Positions 37,671-48,174 of a DNA stretch of 64,000 nt are shown here, one piece after another. The translations under genes and the position numbers were made by a program. A model generated the notes under the pieces. It searched no databases, was not told the DNA's origin, and saw only the letters and a list, made by a program, of their open reading frames with translations. The DNA comes from an uncultured Clostridia bacterium (GTDB lineage Bacteria; Bacillota; Clostridia; TANB77; CAG-465). Where the stretch lies: NCBI GenBank assembly GCA_944383015.1, contig CALWOC010000001.1, positions 148,997-212,996 on the forward strand, given 5' to 3'. Positions within the stretch are counted from its first letter, which is position 1. Each line of letters starts with the position of its first letter.

Positions 37671-38444
37671 ATGAAAAATTTGTTAAAAAGCCGTGTACAA
37701 AATTTCTGGCTTTTTACAAAGGATAAGGAGGTGCAAGCTCTTGTTATTGGATACGATTATGTAACTGGTAACTTGATAGCACAATTAGGTACAAAAAGAG
37801 CATTACTTGCTCCAGAGGATATAACAATATATCAAAAAAAGAACGTCCTTGATGAGGAAATACACAGATTATTAGGTTCTAAAATAACATGCAATATAAT
37901 TGGAAAAAATGAAGATGATATATTGATTTCTAGAAAAGCTGTAATGCAAAAGAGGATAGAAAAATACAACAAAGGTGATATTGTTGAAGCTACAGTAGTA
38001 TCTGCTTCAAACAAGGCTTTATTTTTAGAATTTGATGAAGGTCTTAGTGGTATAATGTACACAAATCAACTTACATCATCAAAAGTAAAGAAACCTTTAG
38101 ATCTTTATGAAATTGGTGACAAAATAAAGTGTGTTATAACAAAAAAGAAAGAAGATGAAGGTTACTTTGAACTTTCAAGAGTAGCTCTTTATAAAACAGT
38201 AACGCTAAAAGTTGAACGTGGTCATACTTTATTATGTAAAATCACTAAAAAACTTGATGACAGCACTGGTTACTTTGTTGAAGTTTTATCAAATCCTTTA
38301 TACTCTGGTATTTTTGACCTAAATCAGTATAACTACAAACACAACTACAGAGTTGGAGAAATATTAAATCTAAAAGTTGTAGATGTAACTGATAATAAGC
38401 ACTTGCGCCTAAGAACATTACATACTAATAAAGAAGTGTTGTAA
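37671..38444 (+). CDS. S1 RNA-binding domain protein
   Basis: The segment GDIVEATVVSASNKALFLEFDEGLSGIMY and further repeats follow the S1/OB pattern. Confidence 0.45.
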   Translation: MKNLLKSRVQNFWLFTKDKEVQALVIGYDYVTGNLIAQLGTKRALLAPEDITIYQKKNVLDEEIHRLLGSKITCNIIGKNEDDILISRKAVMQKRIEKYNKGDIVEATVVSASNKALFLEFDEGLSGIMYTNQLTSSKVKKPLDLYEIGDKIKCVITKKKEDEGYFELSRVALYKTVTLKVERGHTLLCKITKKLDDSTGYFVEVLSNPLYSGIFDLNQYNYKHNYRVGEILNLKVVDVTDNKHLRLRTLHTNKEVL

Positions 38445-38465
38445 CAACAACACTTTCTTTTTTTA
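38421..38465 (+). terminator. terminator
   Basis: The arms GAAGTGTTGT and ACAACACTTTC form a stem followed by a T7 run. Confidence 0.7.
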
Positions 38466-38519
38466 ACAATTTATATTAAATTTCATATAATATAATAAAT
38501 TGATTTGAGGTGAATATAT

Positions 38520-38840
38520 ATGGAAAATTTATGCTATGACTTAGCTATTAGACAAATTAAATGTCAAAATGGAATTTCAGTAACAACAGATAATATTTAT
38601 ACAAATATTGAAAATCAATCACAAATTCTTCTATCCTATGGATATATATTAAATGTAATATCTAAAAATACAAATAGCATAACTATTTCTTTATATAATT
38701 TTGAGCTATTAGATACAGTAAAATTTAATATTCCAAATGATACATATAAGTCATTTGATCTACCTCTTTTTAATGGCACATATATTCTACTAATAGGTTC
38801 AGTAAAAAATACTTGCCCTTGTCCTAGACTGTTGAGGTGA
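38520..38840 (+). CDS. small hypothetical protein, first of a tandem paralog pair (106 aa, C-terminal CPCP)
   Basis: A GAGGTGA RBS is present. The protein is paralogous to the next ORF (ILNVISKNTNSITISLYN versus FLNVLSVSNNICSIIIQN). Confidence 0.4.
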   Translation: MENLCYDLAIRQIKCQNGISVTTDNIYTNIENQSQILLSYGYILNVISKNTNSITISLYNFELLDTVKFNIPNDTYKSFDLPLFNGTYILLIGSVKNTCPCPRLLR

Positions 38841-38846
38841 TTAATA

Positions 38847-39122
38847 ATGAATGTAAATTTAAATATAAATGATACATACTGTACACAATGCTATAAAAAT
38901 TCTATAGAAAAGAATATAAATATCACTTCAAGAGATACACAAATTGAACTTCAAAATAACTACTTTTTAAATGTTTTATCTGTTTCAAATAACATATGTA
39001 GTATTATAATTCAAAATGGCAATTGTGTAATAATTAGAAATATTTTAAATGGTGTTGAAACAAGTATTCTTATTCCTTCAAGTTGCTCTCATATTCTTAC
39101 AATTACTTGTACACACAATTAA
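38847..39122 (+). CDS. small hypothetical protein, second of the tandem paralog pair (91 aa, Cys-containing)
   Basis: A GAGGTGA RBS is present. The protein has a CTQC motif near the N-terminus and CSH/CTH near the C-terminus. Confidence 0.4.
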   Translation: MNVNLNINDTYCTQCYKNSIEKNINITSRDTQIELQNNYFLNVLSVSNNICSIIIQNGNCVIIRNILNGVETSILIPSSCSHILTITCTHN

Positions 39123-39150
39123 AAGCTAGTATAAAAAATACTAGCTTTTA
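39121..39150. terminator. bidirectional terminator
   Basis: The arms AAAGCTAGTAT and ATACTAGCTTT are perfect 11-bp complements. Confidence 0.6.
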
Positions 39151-39602
39151 AATATATTAATTTGTTTTTTTGCTTCTTTTTCCTTTAAACTTTCTCTTTT
39201 ATCATAAAGTTTTTTTCCTTTACAAATACAAAGTTCTACTTTAAACCATCTACCTTGTGTATACATTCTTGCTGGAACTAAAGTATATCCACCTTGCTTT
39301 ATATAATTTAATATTTTTAAGATTTCTTTTTTGTGTACTAAAAGCTTTCTATCTCTTGTAGGATTTACATTATTTATATTACCATGCTCATATGGACTAA
39401 TATGTACATTTTTTAATATAATTTCACTATTTCTAACAAGAGCAAAACTATCTTTTAAATTACACATCCCATCTCTAATAGATTTCACTTCAGTGCCTTT
39501 AAGCTCTATTCCACATTCAATTTTATCTATAATATCATATTTAAAATTAATTTCTCTATTTTTAATCTGTATGTTACTTTTATCTACAAACTGCTTTTTC
39601 AT
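39141..39602 (-). CDS. smpB: SsrA-binding protein
   Basis: The segments NREINFKYDIIDKIECGIELKGTEVKSIRDG and PTRDRKLLVHKKEI match the SmpB consensus. Confidence 0.9.
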   Translation of the reverse strand: MKKQFVDKSNIQIKNREINFKYDIIDKIECGIELKGTEVKSIRDGMCNLKDSFALVRNSEIILKNVHISPYEHGNINNVNPTRDRKLLVHKKEILKILNYIKQGGYTLVPARMYTQGRWFKVELCICKGKKLYDKRESLKEKEAKKQINIFKS

Positions 39603-39613
39603 TTAATCTCCTA

Positions 39614-41170
39614 CTAACTTTCTAAAACTTTCTTAAGTGTATCATTATAAAGTTTAGTTATTTTTTTATTATTACTTGAAAGTTCACTTATCTCCTGTCT
39701 TAAAAGCTTAATTAGATTTTCAAGTTCTAGCGTTGAATCTATATTATTTTCATCTATATATTTTTCTAAGTTTTCTGGTAAATCTATATAAATATATTTA
39801 GTATATGTAAATATATTATTATTTATATCAATACCAGAATCAATCTCTGCTATTACTGAAGATATCTTATCATTACTATCTTTTAATAACATATTTATAT
39901 TGCTTGTATAAAAGTTATACTCCCTTTTTATTACGTCTTTATATACATTATATAACTCATCAATTTTGGCAGAGTTTTCTTCAATTTTTTGAAGTTTCTC
40001 TTGTTCTAACTCCTCTTTAGTCTTCTTATCTTCATTTGTTGTTTCTTTAGCATTATCATCATTACTTAAATTTTTCTTATAATCTTTAATCTTAGTATTC
40101 AAATCATCAAGTACTGTATTCATGTAATCTAGTGTAGCCTCTGATGTAACCTCGTAATTTATTATAGTAACTGTCTCTTCACTATTTTCATCTACTTTTT
40201 TTGTAGTTGTAGATTTTTCAATATATGAATCCATTTTATCTATTCTATTTTCATATCTTGAAGCTATATCTTCTAGTAATGCTAAATAATCAATTTCTTC
40301 TAAATTTTCTTCATATATCTTTGAAATCTGAGTACTAAAATCTATAACTTCAGACTCATTTGTTAATGATTCTTTCATTAAATTATTAAGATCTTCATCT
40401 AAAATTAAAGTATTTTTAGAAGCTACATTTATACCATATAATTTATCTGACAATGTATCATATGTTTTTCTATATTCCGTAGCATCAACACCTAAAAACT
40501 CTAATTTTTTTATTTCATCAGATATTGTCTCTAAATCACCAGTCACTTTTCTTACTCTATCTCTTATATCTTTTATATTAGATCTTTTTGTCTCACTAAT
40601 ATAATCTCTAAAAATATTATTTGTCTGTGTCTCTATATAGTCTTCTACACTATTTACTTGAGATAAATACTGTATACTTTTTACTAAAGTAAGTTTTAAT
40701 TGTGCTAAAGTCATAGTATTATCTATATCATACTCTTTAGTTGAAACCACAATAGCTCCTAAGTAAGATTCTGGAATTCTTATTTTTTTATTTTTTACTA
40801 TATCTCTAATTGAATATTTTTCTGCAACATCAGTTGTAGATATATCTCGCTTTACTCTAAGTTTGTTTTCTACAACTGCTGTAAGACCAAACATTGGTGC
40901 ATCCATATTTAGTCTTATTGCTGGATAATATTCAAATTCTTTTTGCTCTTTAGAATTTGCTATATCTTTATCTATTTTGTCTAATTTAGAATCAATTTCA
41001 GTTAAATATTCATTAATTAACAATAATATATTTTCTTTTTCTTCTTTATTACTAAGCTTATCTGTATTTTCCTCAGTACTTTGCTCTTCTTCTGCATACA
41101 AAATAGGAATAATGCAGCTAAAAGAGATTGTAATTAATAGTGTTATGAATAAAAACTTAATTTTTTTCAT
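39614..41170 (-). CDS. secreted coiled-coil protein, hypothetical
   Basis: A signal peptide is followed by about 480 aa rich in E/K/L heptad-like repeats. Confidence 0.35.
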   Translation of the reverse strand: MKKIKFLFITLLITISFSCIIPILYAEEEQSTEENTDKLSNKEEKENILLLINEYLTEIDSKLDKIDKDIANSKEQKEFEYYPAIRLNMDAPMFGLTAVVENKLRVKRDISTTDVAEKYSIRDIVKNKKIRIPESYLGAIVVSTKEYDIDNTMTLAQLKLTLVKSIQYLSQVNSVEDYIETQTNNIFRDYISETKRSNIKDIRDRVRKVTGDLETISDEIKKLEFLGVDATEYRKTYDTLSDKLYGINVASKNTLILDEDLNNLMKESLTNESEVIDFSTQISKIYEENLEEIDYLALLEDIASRYENRIDKMDSYIEKSTTTKKVDENSEETVTIINYEVTSEATLDYMNTVLDDLNTKIKDYKKNLSNDDNAKETTNEDKKTKEELEQEKLQKIEENSAKIDELYNVYKDVIKREYNFYTSNINMLLKDSNDKISSVIAEIDSGIDINNNIFTYTKYIYIDLPENLEKYIDENNIDSTLELENLIKLLRQEISELSSNNKKITKLYNDTLKKVLES

Positions 41171-41248
41171 TTGTACACTCCTTCTTTTTGCTAACTTATT
41201 ATATCATGATAATTGCAATATGTAAAGTTATAATGTTTTTAATATAGA

Positions 41249-42109
41249 CTAATCAAGAAATGTTGAAAAATGAAAACTAGAAATAGAAATGTTTTCATAT
41301 ATTTCATTTAAAAGGTAATTTACTTTTGCATTTATATTAGTACCTTTTTTTAAATATCCTTCTTTTTTATTAATCATCATAAGCTCAGCAAAAATTTCTG
41401 CTCTGTCCTCTCTTGGTGAAACCTTAGAATATTTAGTTAAAAAATAAGTGTTGCTATTTTCATCTTCCGTTGCATATTTATTATAAACAAATTCATCTGT
41501 CAATTTACTAACATCTTCTTCATAATTAAATCCCGATGGATTATATGAATTCCATGCATAATATAAGTATTTTACTTTATCTGCCATATAATATTCAAGT
41601 ATGTGAAAAAACTCATGATGAAAAGCTCTTTCAAAATCAATATCATTGCTTAAATATATTCTATACTGGTTTAAACTATTTTTTGATGCCAAAGCTATAT
41701 TATTATCATTAAAATTTGACACTAATAATATGTGTAAATTATATCCATCATTTTTAAATATAGAAAATACATCATTGGGATATTTTTTTAAGGCATTATA
41801 TATTATCTTAATATTGTTATTTACTATATTTATATCATTTTGAACATTTGCATTTACAGATGATAAAAAGCTCTTTGCATCTTCTCCATATTCAATTATA
41901 ATACCATAATCATTTTTTATTTTATTTATATAATATTTGTTTTCCTGTTCTACATTACTCTCAATATTTTTTTGATATAATATTTCTTCAAATCCATTTG
42001 AAATATTAAGCTCTTTATATAATAAAATTGTTATTCCAACAAAACAAGAAAAAATTAAAAAATATGTAAAAATAGATAATTTTTCTTTTCTTACAGCTTT
42101 TCTTTGCAT
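41249..42109 (-). CDS. membrane-anchored ATLF-like (anthrax lethal factor-like) zinc metallopeptidase-domain protein
   Basis: An N-terminal TM helix is present. The HExxH motif in FHHEFFHILEY and a downstream EDRAEIFAEL (third zinc-ligand Glu, cf. LF EFFAE) are present. Confidence 0.4.
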   Translation of the reverse strand: MQRKAVRKEKLSIFTYFLIFSCFVGITILLYKELNISNGFEEILYQKNIESNVEQENKYYINKIKNDYGIIIEYGEDAKSFLSSVNANVQNDINIVNNNIKIIYNALKKYPNDVFSIFKNDGYNLHILLVSNFNDNNIALASKNSLNQYRIYLSNDIDFERAFHHEFFHILEYYMADKVKYLYYAWNSYNPSGFNYEEDVSKLTDEFVYNKYATEDENSNTYFLTKYSKVSPREDRAEIFAELMMINKKEGYLKKGTNINAKVNYLLNEIYENISISSFHFSTFLD

Positions 42110-42126
42110 TTTATCCTCCGTATAAA

Positions 42127-43176
42127 TTAATCAAAATACTCAAAATTTAAAGCTCTCATTATATATTCAAATGGCTCTTCATTACCACTTTTAAGCATAT
42201 TATTATATCCTGACATAAATACATATGCAGATAAACTATTCTGTGAATTTTGTAAAGATTCTAATGTAAGTTTTATCTGCTCTATTTTATCAAAATCAGT
42301 TATATCTTTTAAAGTATCTATATAATTAACGACTTCTTTTGAATAAATTTCTATTTCTTGTTTGCTAATACTATCTATTCTTTTAGTAAAATTAATTGTT
42401 AGCATATTAGTATCAGAATTAGATACAAAAACATTTATATATTCATTATCACTATATATCTGAGAAATATTATCATTTAATATTCTAGATACCCTATCTC
42501 CAACTTTTTCCTGATAGTCATCTTGAATATTATCCTTATCCTTTAAGTATACTGTAAATTTTCCTGTTACATTATTTGATAATGTATCTTGTGCATAAAA
42601 GATATATCTTGGATTATTAAACGAAAAAATATAATTTGCAGATATAACTTTAAATCTACTTCCCGAATTATATTCATTTATAAAATAATTTTTCAAACTA
42701 TCTCTTGATGAAAAAAATGTAAAATAATTTCCATTTAAAATAGAAGAAAAAACTATTGCTACTATAAATGATATTAAAGAAATACTTCCACATTTAATCT
42801 TTTCATTTCTTATTTTTCTAGTAATGTTTCTCCTTTTTTTAGACAACCTATAAAACCTTTTTATACTCCATCCAAAAATTTCACCTAATACTGTCAATGA
42901 AAAAATTTTTAATGTGATTAATGAATTATCAAGTATTAAAGCTGGTGCTTTCATTTGCAACAAAATAATTGCAATAATTGCACTAAAAATACTTGTCATT
43001 ATCTTTTTTCCAAATAAAATTTGCCCAATAATACCAATAATAAAAGATATGGGTATCATAGTTATATAAATATTATCTACTAAGCATAGATAAACTGATA
43101 AAATAAGAAATATGCTATAAACTATTGCTTCTACATATTTTCTTATTAAGCTATTCTTCTTTTTCAAGGCAATCAC
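42127..43176 (-). CDS. polytopic membrane protein, hypothetical
   Basis: Four or five TM helices are followed by an extracytoplasmic domain of about 200 aa. Confidence 0.3.
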   Translation of the reverse strand: MIALKKKNSLIRKYVEAIVYSIFLILSVYLCLVDNIYITMIPISFIIGIIGQILFGKKIMTSIFSAIIAIILLQMKAPALILDNSLITLKIFSLTVLGEIFGWSIKRFYRLSKKRRNITRKIRNEKIKCGSISLISFIVAIVFSSILNGNYFTFFSSRDSLKNYFINEYNSGSRFKVISANYIFSFNNPRYIFYAQDTLSNNVTGKFTVYLKDKDNIQDDYQEKVGDRVSRILNDNISQIYSDNEYINVFVSNSDTNMLTINFTKRIDSISKQEIEIYSKEVVNYIDTLKDITDFDKIEQIKLTLESLQNSQNSLSAYVFMSGYNNMLKSGNEEPFEYIMRALNFEYFD

Positions 43177-43288
43177 CTCATTTATTTAATTATATATTAA
43201 ATAATAAAATATAGCAATTAGATTATATTTAAATTAATTAATAAGAATACTTTTTAGAAATACAAATATAATATTACGAGGTAAAGTT

Positions 43289-44422
43289 ATGAAACGAACA
43301 TTAAAAATAATTTTATTTACATTTTTTATCTTATATGTATATCAAAAATCAATTATAGCTACTCAAATAGCATCTCCTTCTGCAGTAGTAATATGTGAAG
43401 ACAGTGGTCGTATTCTATATGAAAAAAATGCAAACGAAAAAAGAAAAATGGCATCTTTAACCAAGCTAATGACCTCTATACTATTAGTTGAAAATTGTGA
43501 TTTAAATGAAAAAATTTGTGTCGTAAAAGAAGCTTGTTACATTGGTGGTTCAGAAGCTGGAATAAAGCCTAATGAAGAAGTTACAGCAAATGATTTACTC
43601 TATGGTATGCTACTACCATCTGGAAATGATTGTGCTATGGCAACTGCATATCATATAGGTGGAAATATAGAAAACTTTGCTACCCTTATGAATAACAAAG
43701 CAAAAGAATTAGGACTTGTAAATACAAGTTTTGATAATCCACATGGACTAGACTCAGATAATCATTACACAACCGCTTACGAAATGGCTTTAATAGCTAA
43801 ATATGCTAAAAGCTACGATTCAATTTCTGAAGCGGTATCAACTATTGAAAAAGATGTAGTTTTTGGTAATAGAACTGTACATCTAAGAAATACAAATTCC
43901 TTACTTAGAACTTATCCTTATGCAACTGGTATGAAAACTGGATTTACAAATGGTGCAAATAGATGTCTTGTTGCATCTGCCAGTCAAAACGACTTAAACT
44001 TAATAGCTGTTGTACTTGGTAGTGATACATCAAAAATTAGATTTGAAGATGCAAAAACAATACTAGAAGATACTTTTGCATCATATAAGTCATATGATAT
44101 TTCTTCATTTTTAAATGTATATATTGATATTCCAATAATAAAGGGAAAAAAAGAACGATATATAAAGACTTTTAATGATTCAAAAATCGAAGCTCTAACA
44201 GAAGAAGAATACTCTAAAATATATGTATCTCAAAATTTTCCACAAAAACTTGAAGCACCAATAGAAAAAGGAACTTATATTGGAACGTATACTGTAAGTA
44301 TAGGAGATGAAATTCTGTACTCTAAAGATTTTTACACAGAAGAAGAGCTTTTAAAGAAGACACCAGCTGATTACTTTATCATATGTATAAAAAATATGTT
44401 TGATAGTTTAGAATTACTATAG
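43289..44422 (+). CDS. D-alanyl-D-alanine carboxypeptidase (serine-type, S11, DacB/PBP5-like)
   Basis: A signal peptide and the motifs SLTK (SxxK), SGN (LPSGND) and KTG are present. Confidence 0.8.
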   Translation: MKRTLKIILFTFFILYVYQKSIIATQIASPSAVVICEDSGRILYEKNANEKRKMASLTKLMTSILLVENCDLNEKICVVKEACYIGGSEAGIKPNEEVTANDLLYGMLLPSGNDCAMATAYHIGGNIENFATLMNNKAKELGLVNTSFDNPHGLDSDNHYTTAYEMALIAKYAKSYDSISEAVSTIEKDVVFGNRTVHLRNTNSLLRTYPYATGMKTGFTNGANRCLVASASQNDLNLIAVVLGSDTSKIRFEDAKTILEDTFASYKSYDISSFLNVYIDIPIIKGKKERYIKTFNDSKIEALTEEEYSKIYVSQNFPQKLEAPIEKGTYIGTYTVSIGDEILYSKDFYTEEELLKKTPADYFIICIKNMFDSLELL

Positions 44423-44423
44423 C

Positions 44424-44453
44424 AAAAAGGTACCTCATTGAGGTACCTTTTAT
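44424..44453. terminator. bidirectional terminator
   Basis: The arms AAAGGTACCTCA and TGAGGTACCTTT form a palindromic stem followed by TTTT. Confidence 0.65.
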
Positions 44454-46843
44454 TATTCAGCTATAACCATATTATTGCTACTTAAAGCTTTTAAAACTGT
44501 TTCTCTTTCTGTATCTATCTGTTCTTTTGTTAAAGTATCTGTATATGATCCAATTGTAAATCTAATTGTTATAGTCTTTTTACCTGCTAGTTTTTCTTCA
44601 TTTTCATATATATCTACAAGACTATACTCCATTAAAAATTTCATATTAGAGTCTTTTATTACTTTTTCAATTTCTGAATATTTAGTATCTTTATCTACTA
44701 TTAAAGATAAATCAAAATTAACTGTTTGATATTTTGATACTTCTTTATAACTAATATCTCTTTTTAAAATTTCTCCTAAAGTATCAATTCTTAACTCTGC
44801 TACAACTATTGAAGCTTTAGAATTTATTGCATCTTTAATCTTTGGATGTACAACAGAAATATATCCAAGATTTTTATTATCTACATCTATTTCAAAAGTA
44901 TTTATAGGATGCATCCAATTGCTCTTTACATCATTAACATTTTTATACTCAACATCTAAATTTTTATTTATTTTTACAATGCTATCTATCATAGATTTAA
45001 CTTCATATGCAAGATTTTTTTCTGTATCCTTGCAACTAGCAACCGCAAGTCCTAATACTTTATATTCTTTTGCCTCTTTACCATCAAAATGATACTCAAA
45101 TGTTCTTCCTATCTCAAACACTCTACATTCTGGCATATATTTTAAATTCTTATTTATAGCATAAAGCATTGTTGGTGCCATTTCTCTTCTTAAAGTATTG
45201 TCTAATCTTACAATTCCATTTACTATTTTTAAATTATCTTCTACTTTAATACCTAGCTCTTGATTTAATTCTGTATTATACCAAACATAGCTATGAACCT
45301 CATTCATTCCATACTTAGACGCAAGTAATTCTTTTGCCGAATATTCAAGCTCTCTTACTGGATCTTTTGCAACTGGAGAAACTCTCCAAAGATTTGTCTT
45401 AGCTTCTATATTATCATAACCATAAATTCTAGCTATTTCTTCAATTATATCTGCTTTTTGACTAACATCTTTAGTAGCTCTAAATGATGGTACATCAACT
45501 GTTAAATTATCCCCATCTAATTTTACTCCGAATTCAAGATTTTTTAGAGTTGTAACTATATTTTCCATTGGAAGCACTTTACCTATACTTCTATCAATAT
45601 AATCTTTATCTAACTTAATTGTAATATGAGGATATTTTTGGATATATACATCTGAAAATGATGATGTAATTTTAATATCTTTATCTTCTTCTTTTAATAG
45701 TTTGATAAATCTAGCTATTGCAAGCTCTGTAAGCTCAGGATCCAAAGTTTTTTCATATCGAGCTGCTGCATCTGTTCTTAAGTCTAATTTACTTGCTGTC
45801 TTACGAATTGTAACTGCATTAAAGTTTGCTGACTCTAAAAATAGTGTTGTTGTATCATCTACAATTTCACTTGCAAGACCTCCCATTACACCAGCTATGC
45901 CAACAGGTTCTTTATCATTATATATCATTAGTGTTCCTTTATCTAACTTTCTTACCTGTGAATCTAGAGTAGTAAATTCAGAATCTTTCTTTAAAGTCTT
46001 TACCTCTACACATGATACTTTTCTATTATCGTAAGCATGCATTGGTTGACCAAGCTCAAGCATAATATAGTTTGTCATATCTGCAAGAAGATTTATGCTT
46101 CTCATTCCACAATAATATAATCTAACTTTCATTTTCCATGAAGCTTGTTTTTTAGTTACATTTTCAACTCTCATTGCACTAAATCTTAAACATAATTGTT
46201 CATCGTCTTGTGCTTCTACACCAATACTTAATTTTTCTAAGTCATTATATAATGCTAAATTTTCAATATCTAATGGCTTTAGTTCTCTTTTTGTAATCGC
46301 AGCAATTTCTCTTGCAATACCATAATGACCCCATAAATCTGGTCTATTAGTTAATGATTTATTATCTACTTCATATACAACATCATCAATAGGTATTATA
46401 TTTTTTATATCTTCACCAAGTTTTGCATCGTCATCTAATATTATTACACCTGAGTGATCATCACTTATTCCTAGCTCTTTTTCAGATAAACACATACCAT
46501 TACTAATTTGTCCTGCAAGAGTTGCTTGACCAATTTTTTGTCCTTGTACAACGCTACCAACTTGTGCATAAACAACTTTTGCTCCCTCTTTTACATTAGG
46601 AGCTCCACAAATTACTTGTAATTTTTCTTTTCCTGTATCTACCATTAATTTGTGTAATTTTTTTGAATTTTCAACATTTTCTACACTTAAAATTTTTGCA
46701 ACAATAACTCCACTTATATCTTGACCATATTTAGTAATCCCTTCAACTTCAGCAGTTGACATTGTAAACTTATATATTAATTTATCTATATCTACTCCAT
46801 CTAAATTTACGAAATCTTTAATCCAATTTATTGATATATACAT
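44453..46843 (-). CDS. pheT: phenylalanine--tRNA ligase beta subunit
   Basis: The 796-aa protein has a tRNA-binding N-terminal domain, B3/B4, B5 and FDX-ACB regions. It is immediately downstream of pheS. Confidence 0.95.
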   Translation of the reverse strand: MYISINWIKDFVNLDGVDIDKLIYKFTMSTAEVEGITKYGQDISGVIVAKILSVENVENSKKLHKLMVDTGKEKLQVICGAPNVKEGAKVVYAQVGSVVQGQKIGQATLAGQISNGMCLSEKELGISDDHSGVIILDDDAKLGEDIKNIIPIDDVVYEVDNKSLTNRPDLWGHYGIAREIAAITKRELKPLDIENLALYNDLEKLSIGVEAQDDEQLCLRFSAMRVENVTKKQASWKMKVRLYYCGMRSINLLADMTNYIMLELGQPMHAYDNRKVSCVEVKTLKKDSEFTTLDSQVRKLDKGTLMIYNDKEPVGIAGVMGGLASEIVDDTTTLFLESANFNAVTIRKTASKLDLRTDAAARYEKTLDPELTELAIARFIKLLKEEDKDIKITSSFSDVYIQKYPHITIKLDKDYIDRSIGKVLPMENIVTTLKNLEFGVKLDGDNLTVDVPSFRATKDVSQKADIIEEIARIYGYDNIEAKTNLWRVSPVAKDPVRELEYSAKELLASKYGMNEVHSYVWYNTELNQELGIKVEDNLKIVNGIVRLDNTLRREMAPTMLYAINKNLKYMPECRVFEIGRTFEYHFDGKEAKEYKVLGLAVASCKDTEKNLAYEVKSMIDSIVKINKNLDVEYKNVNDVKSNWMHPINTFEIDVDNKNLGYISVVHPKIKDAINSKASIVVAELRIDTLGEILKRDISYKEVSKYQTVNFDLSLIVDKDTKYSEIEKVIKDSNMKFLMEYSLVDIYENEEKLAGKKTITIRFTIGSYTDTLTKEQIDTERETVLKALSSNNMVIAE

Positions 46844-46854
46844 TTTTTATCCTC

Positions 46855-47883
46855 CTACTTAATATTCATTTGCTTTAATATTCTTACATCACATGAATTT
46901 AATGCACGTAAATCGTTAATATTATATTTCATCATCGCAAGACGACTAAGTCCAAGTCCAAATGCAAATCCAGAATATTTTTCAGGATCAATTCCACCCA
47001 TTTTTAACACATTTGGATGTATCATTCCACATGGACATAGTTCTATCCAACTACCATTTTTACATACTTTACATCCTGCACCATCACAATAAGGACATTT
47101 TATATCAAGTTCAAATCCAGGTTCTACAAATGGAAAAAATCCTGGTCTAAGTCTTACTTCTACTTCCTTTTTAAATATCTCAGATAGCAATGTTTTCATA
47201 AAGTATATTAAATTTGAAATTGATACATCTTTATCTATCATCATTCCTTCCATTTGGAAAAATGTATTCTCATGAGAAGCATCAAGAGCTTCATTTCTAA
47301 AACATCTACCTGGAAATATTGCCTTAAGAGGTGCTCCATACTTTAACATTATTTTATTTTGAGCAGCAGATGTTTGCGTTTTTAATAATTCACCATTTTC
47401 TAGCCAAAATGTATCTTGCATATCTCTTGCTGGATGATACTTAGGTACATTTACAGCCTCAAAATTATTATATTCTGTTTCAACTTCATTACCATCTTCT
47501 ACAGTAAATCCCATACTTGAGAAAATATCTTCAAGTTCTCTTTGAACAATAGTAATAGGATGTAAAGATCCAACTTTGTCATCTACAGGTACACTTAAAT
47601 CTATCTTTTCCGCATTTTTAATTTTTTCTTCGTACTCTTTTTCTTTAAGCTCTGCTTTTTTTGTTTCTATTAATTCTTCAATTTCTACTCTTAGTTTATT
47701 TGCCTTTTCTCCAATTTCTTTTCTTTTTGAAGCTTCAACATTTTTTAAATTTTTAAGAATTTCTATTACTTCTCCTTTTTTTCCTAAATACTCTACACGA
47801 ATATTTTCTACATCTGTAGCACTCTTAACTTTTTCCATTTTTTCAATTACTTGCTTTCTTAAAAGTGATATCTTTTCTTCCAT
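46855..47883 (-). CDS. pheS: phenylalanine--tRNA ligase alpha subunit
   Basis: Class II aaRS motifs (FRNEALDASHENTFFQMEG and GFAFGLGLSRLAM) are present. The length is 342 aa and an AAGGAGG RBS is present. Confidence 0.95.
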   Translation of the reverse strand: MEEKISLLRKQVIEKMEKVKSATDVENIRVEYLGKKGEVIEILKNLKNVEASKRKEIGEKANKLRVEIEELIETKKAELKEKEYEEKIKNAEKIDLSVPVDDKVGSLHPITIVQRELEDIFSSMGFTVEDGNEVETEYNNFEAVNVPKYHPARDMQDTFWLENGELLKTQTSAAQNKIMLKYGAPLKAIFPGRCFRNEALDASHENTFFQMEGMMIDKDVSISNLIYFMKTLLSEIFKKEVEVRLRPGFFPFVEPGFELDIKCPYCDGAGCKVCKNGSWIELCPCGMIHPNVLKMGGIDPEKYSGFAFGLGLSRLAMMKYNINDLRALNSCDVRILKQMNIK

Positions 47884-48168
47884 TAAAAATTCCTCCTTAA
47901 CTAAAAAAAGTCATTTCATCCTTAAAATATAGGACGAAATGACTTTAAATTCCGCGTTACCACCTAAATTCATTCAATAAATATGAATGCTCTCAAAAAG
48001 CTATTACGGGCATACCCGCTTGTTCCTACTTATTTTACTGTTCAAAACAAGACCTCCAAAGTGAAATTTCAGTAATGATATATTAGTATGCTTTCAGCCG
48101 GTGACATACATTCTCTACAATATATTATCCATTACCTACTTTGCTTTATCATAGGTTTTATTTTATTC
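47884..48168 (-). promoter_or_regulatory. T-box riboswitch leader of pheST (tRNA-Phe responsive)
   Basis: On the minus strand the T-box sequence AATTTAGGTGGTAACGCGG is followed directly by the terminator hairpin AAAGTCATTTCGTCC...GGATGAAATGACTTT plus a T7 run, then the pheS RBS. A candidate specifier region with a UUC in GAAATTTCAC lies upstream. Confidence 0.8.
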
Positions 48169-48174
48169 TGTTTT

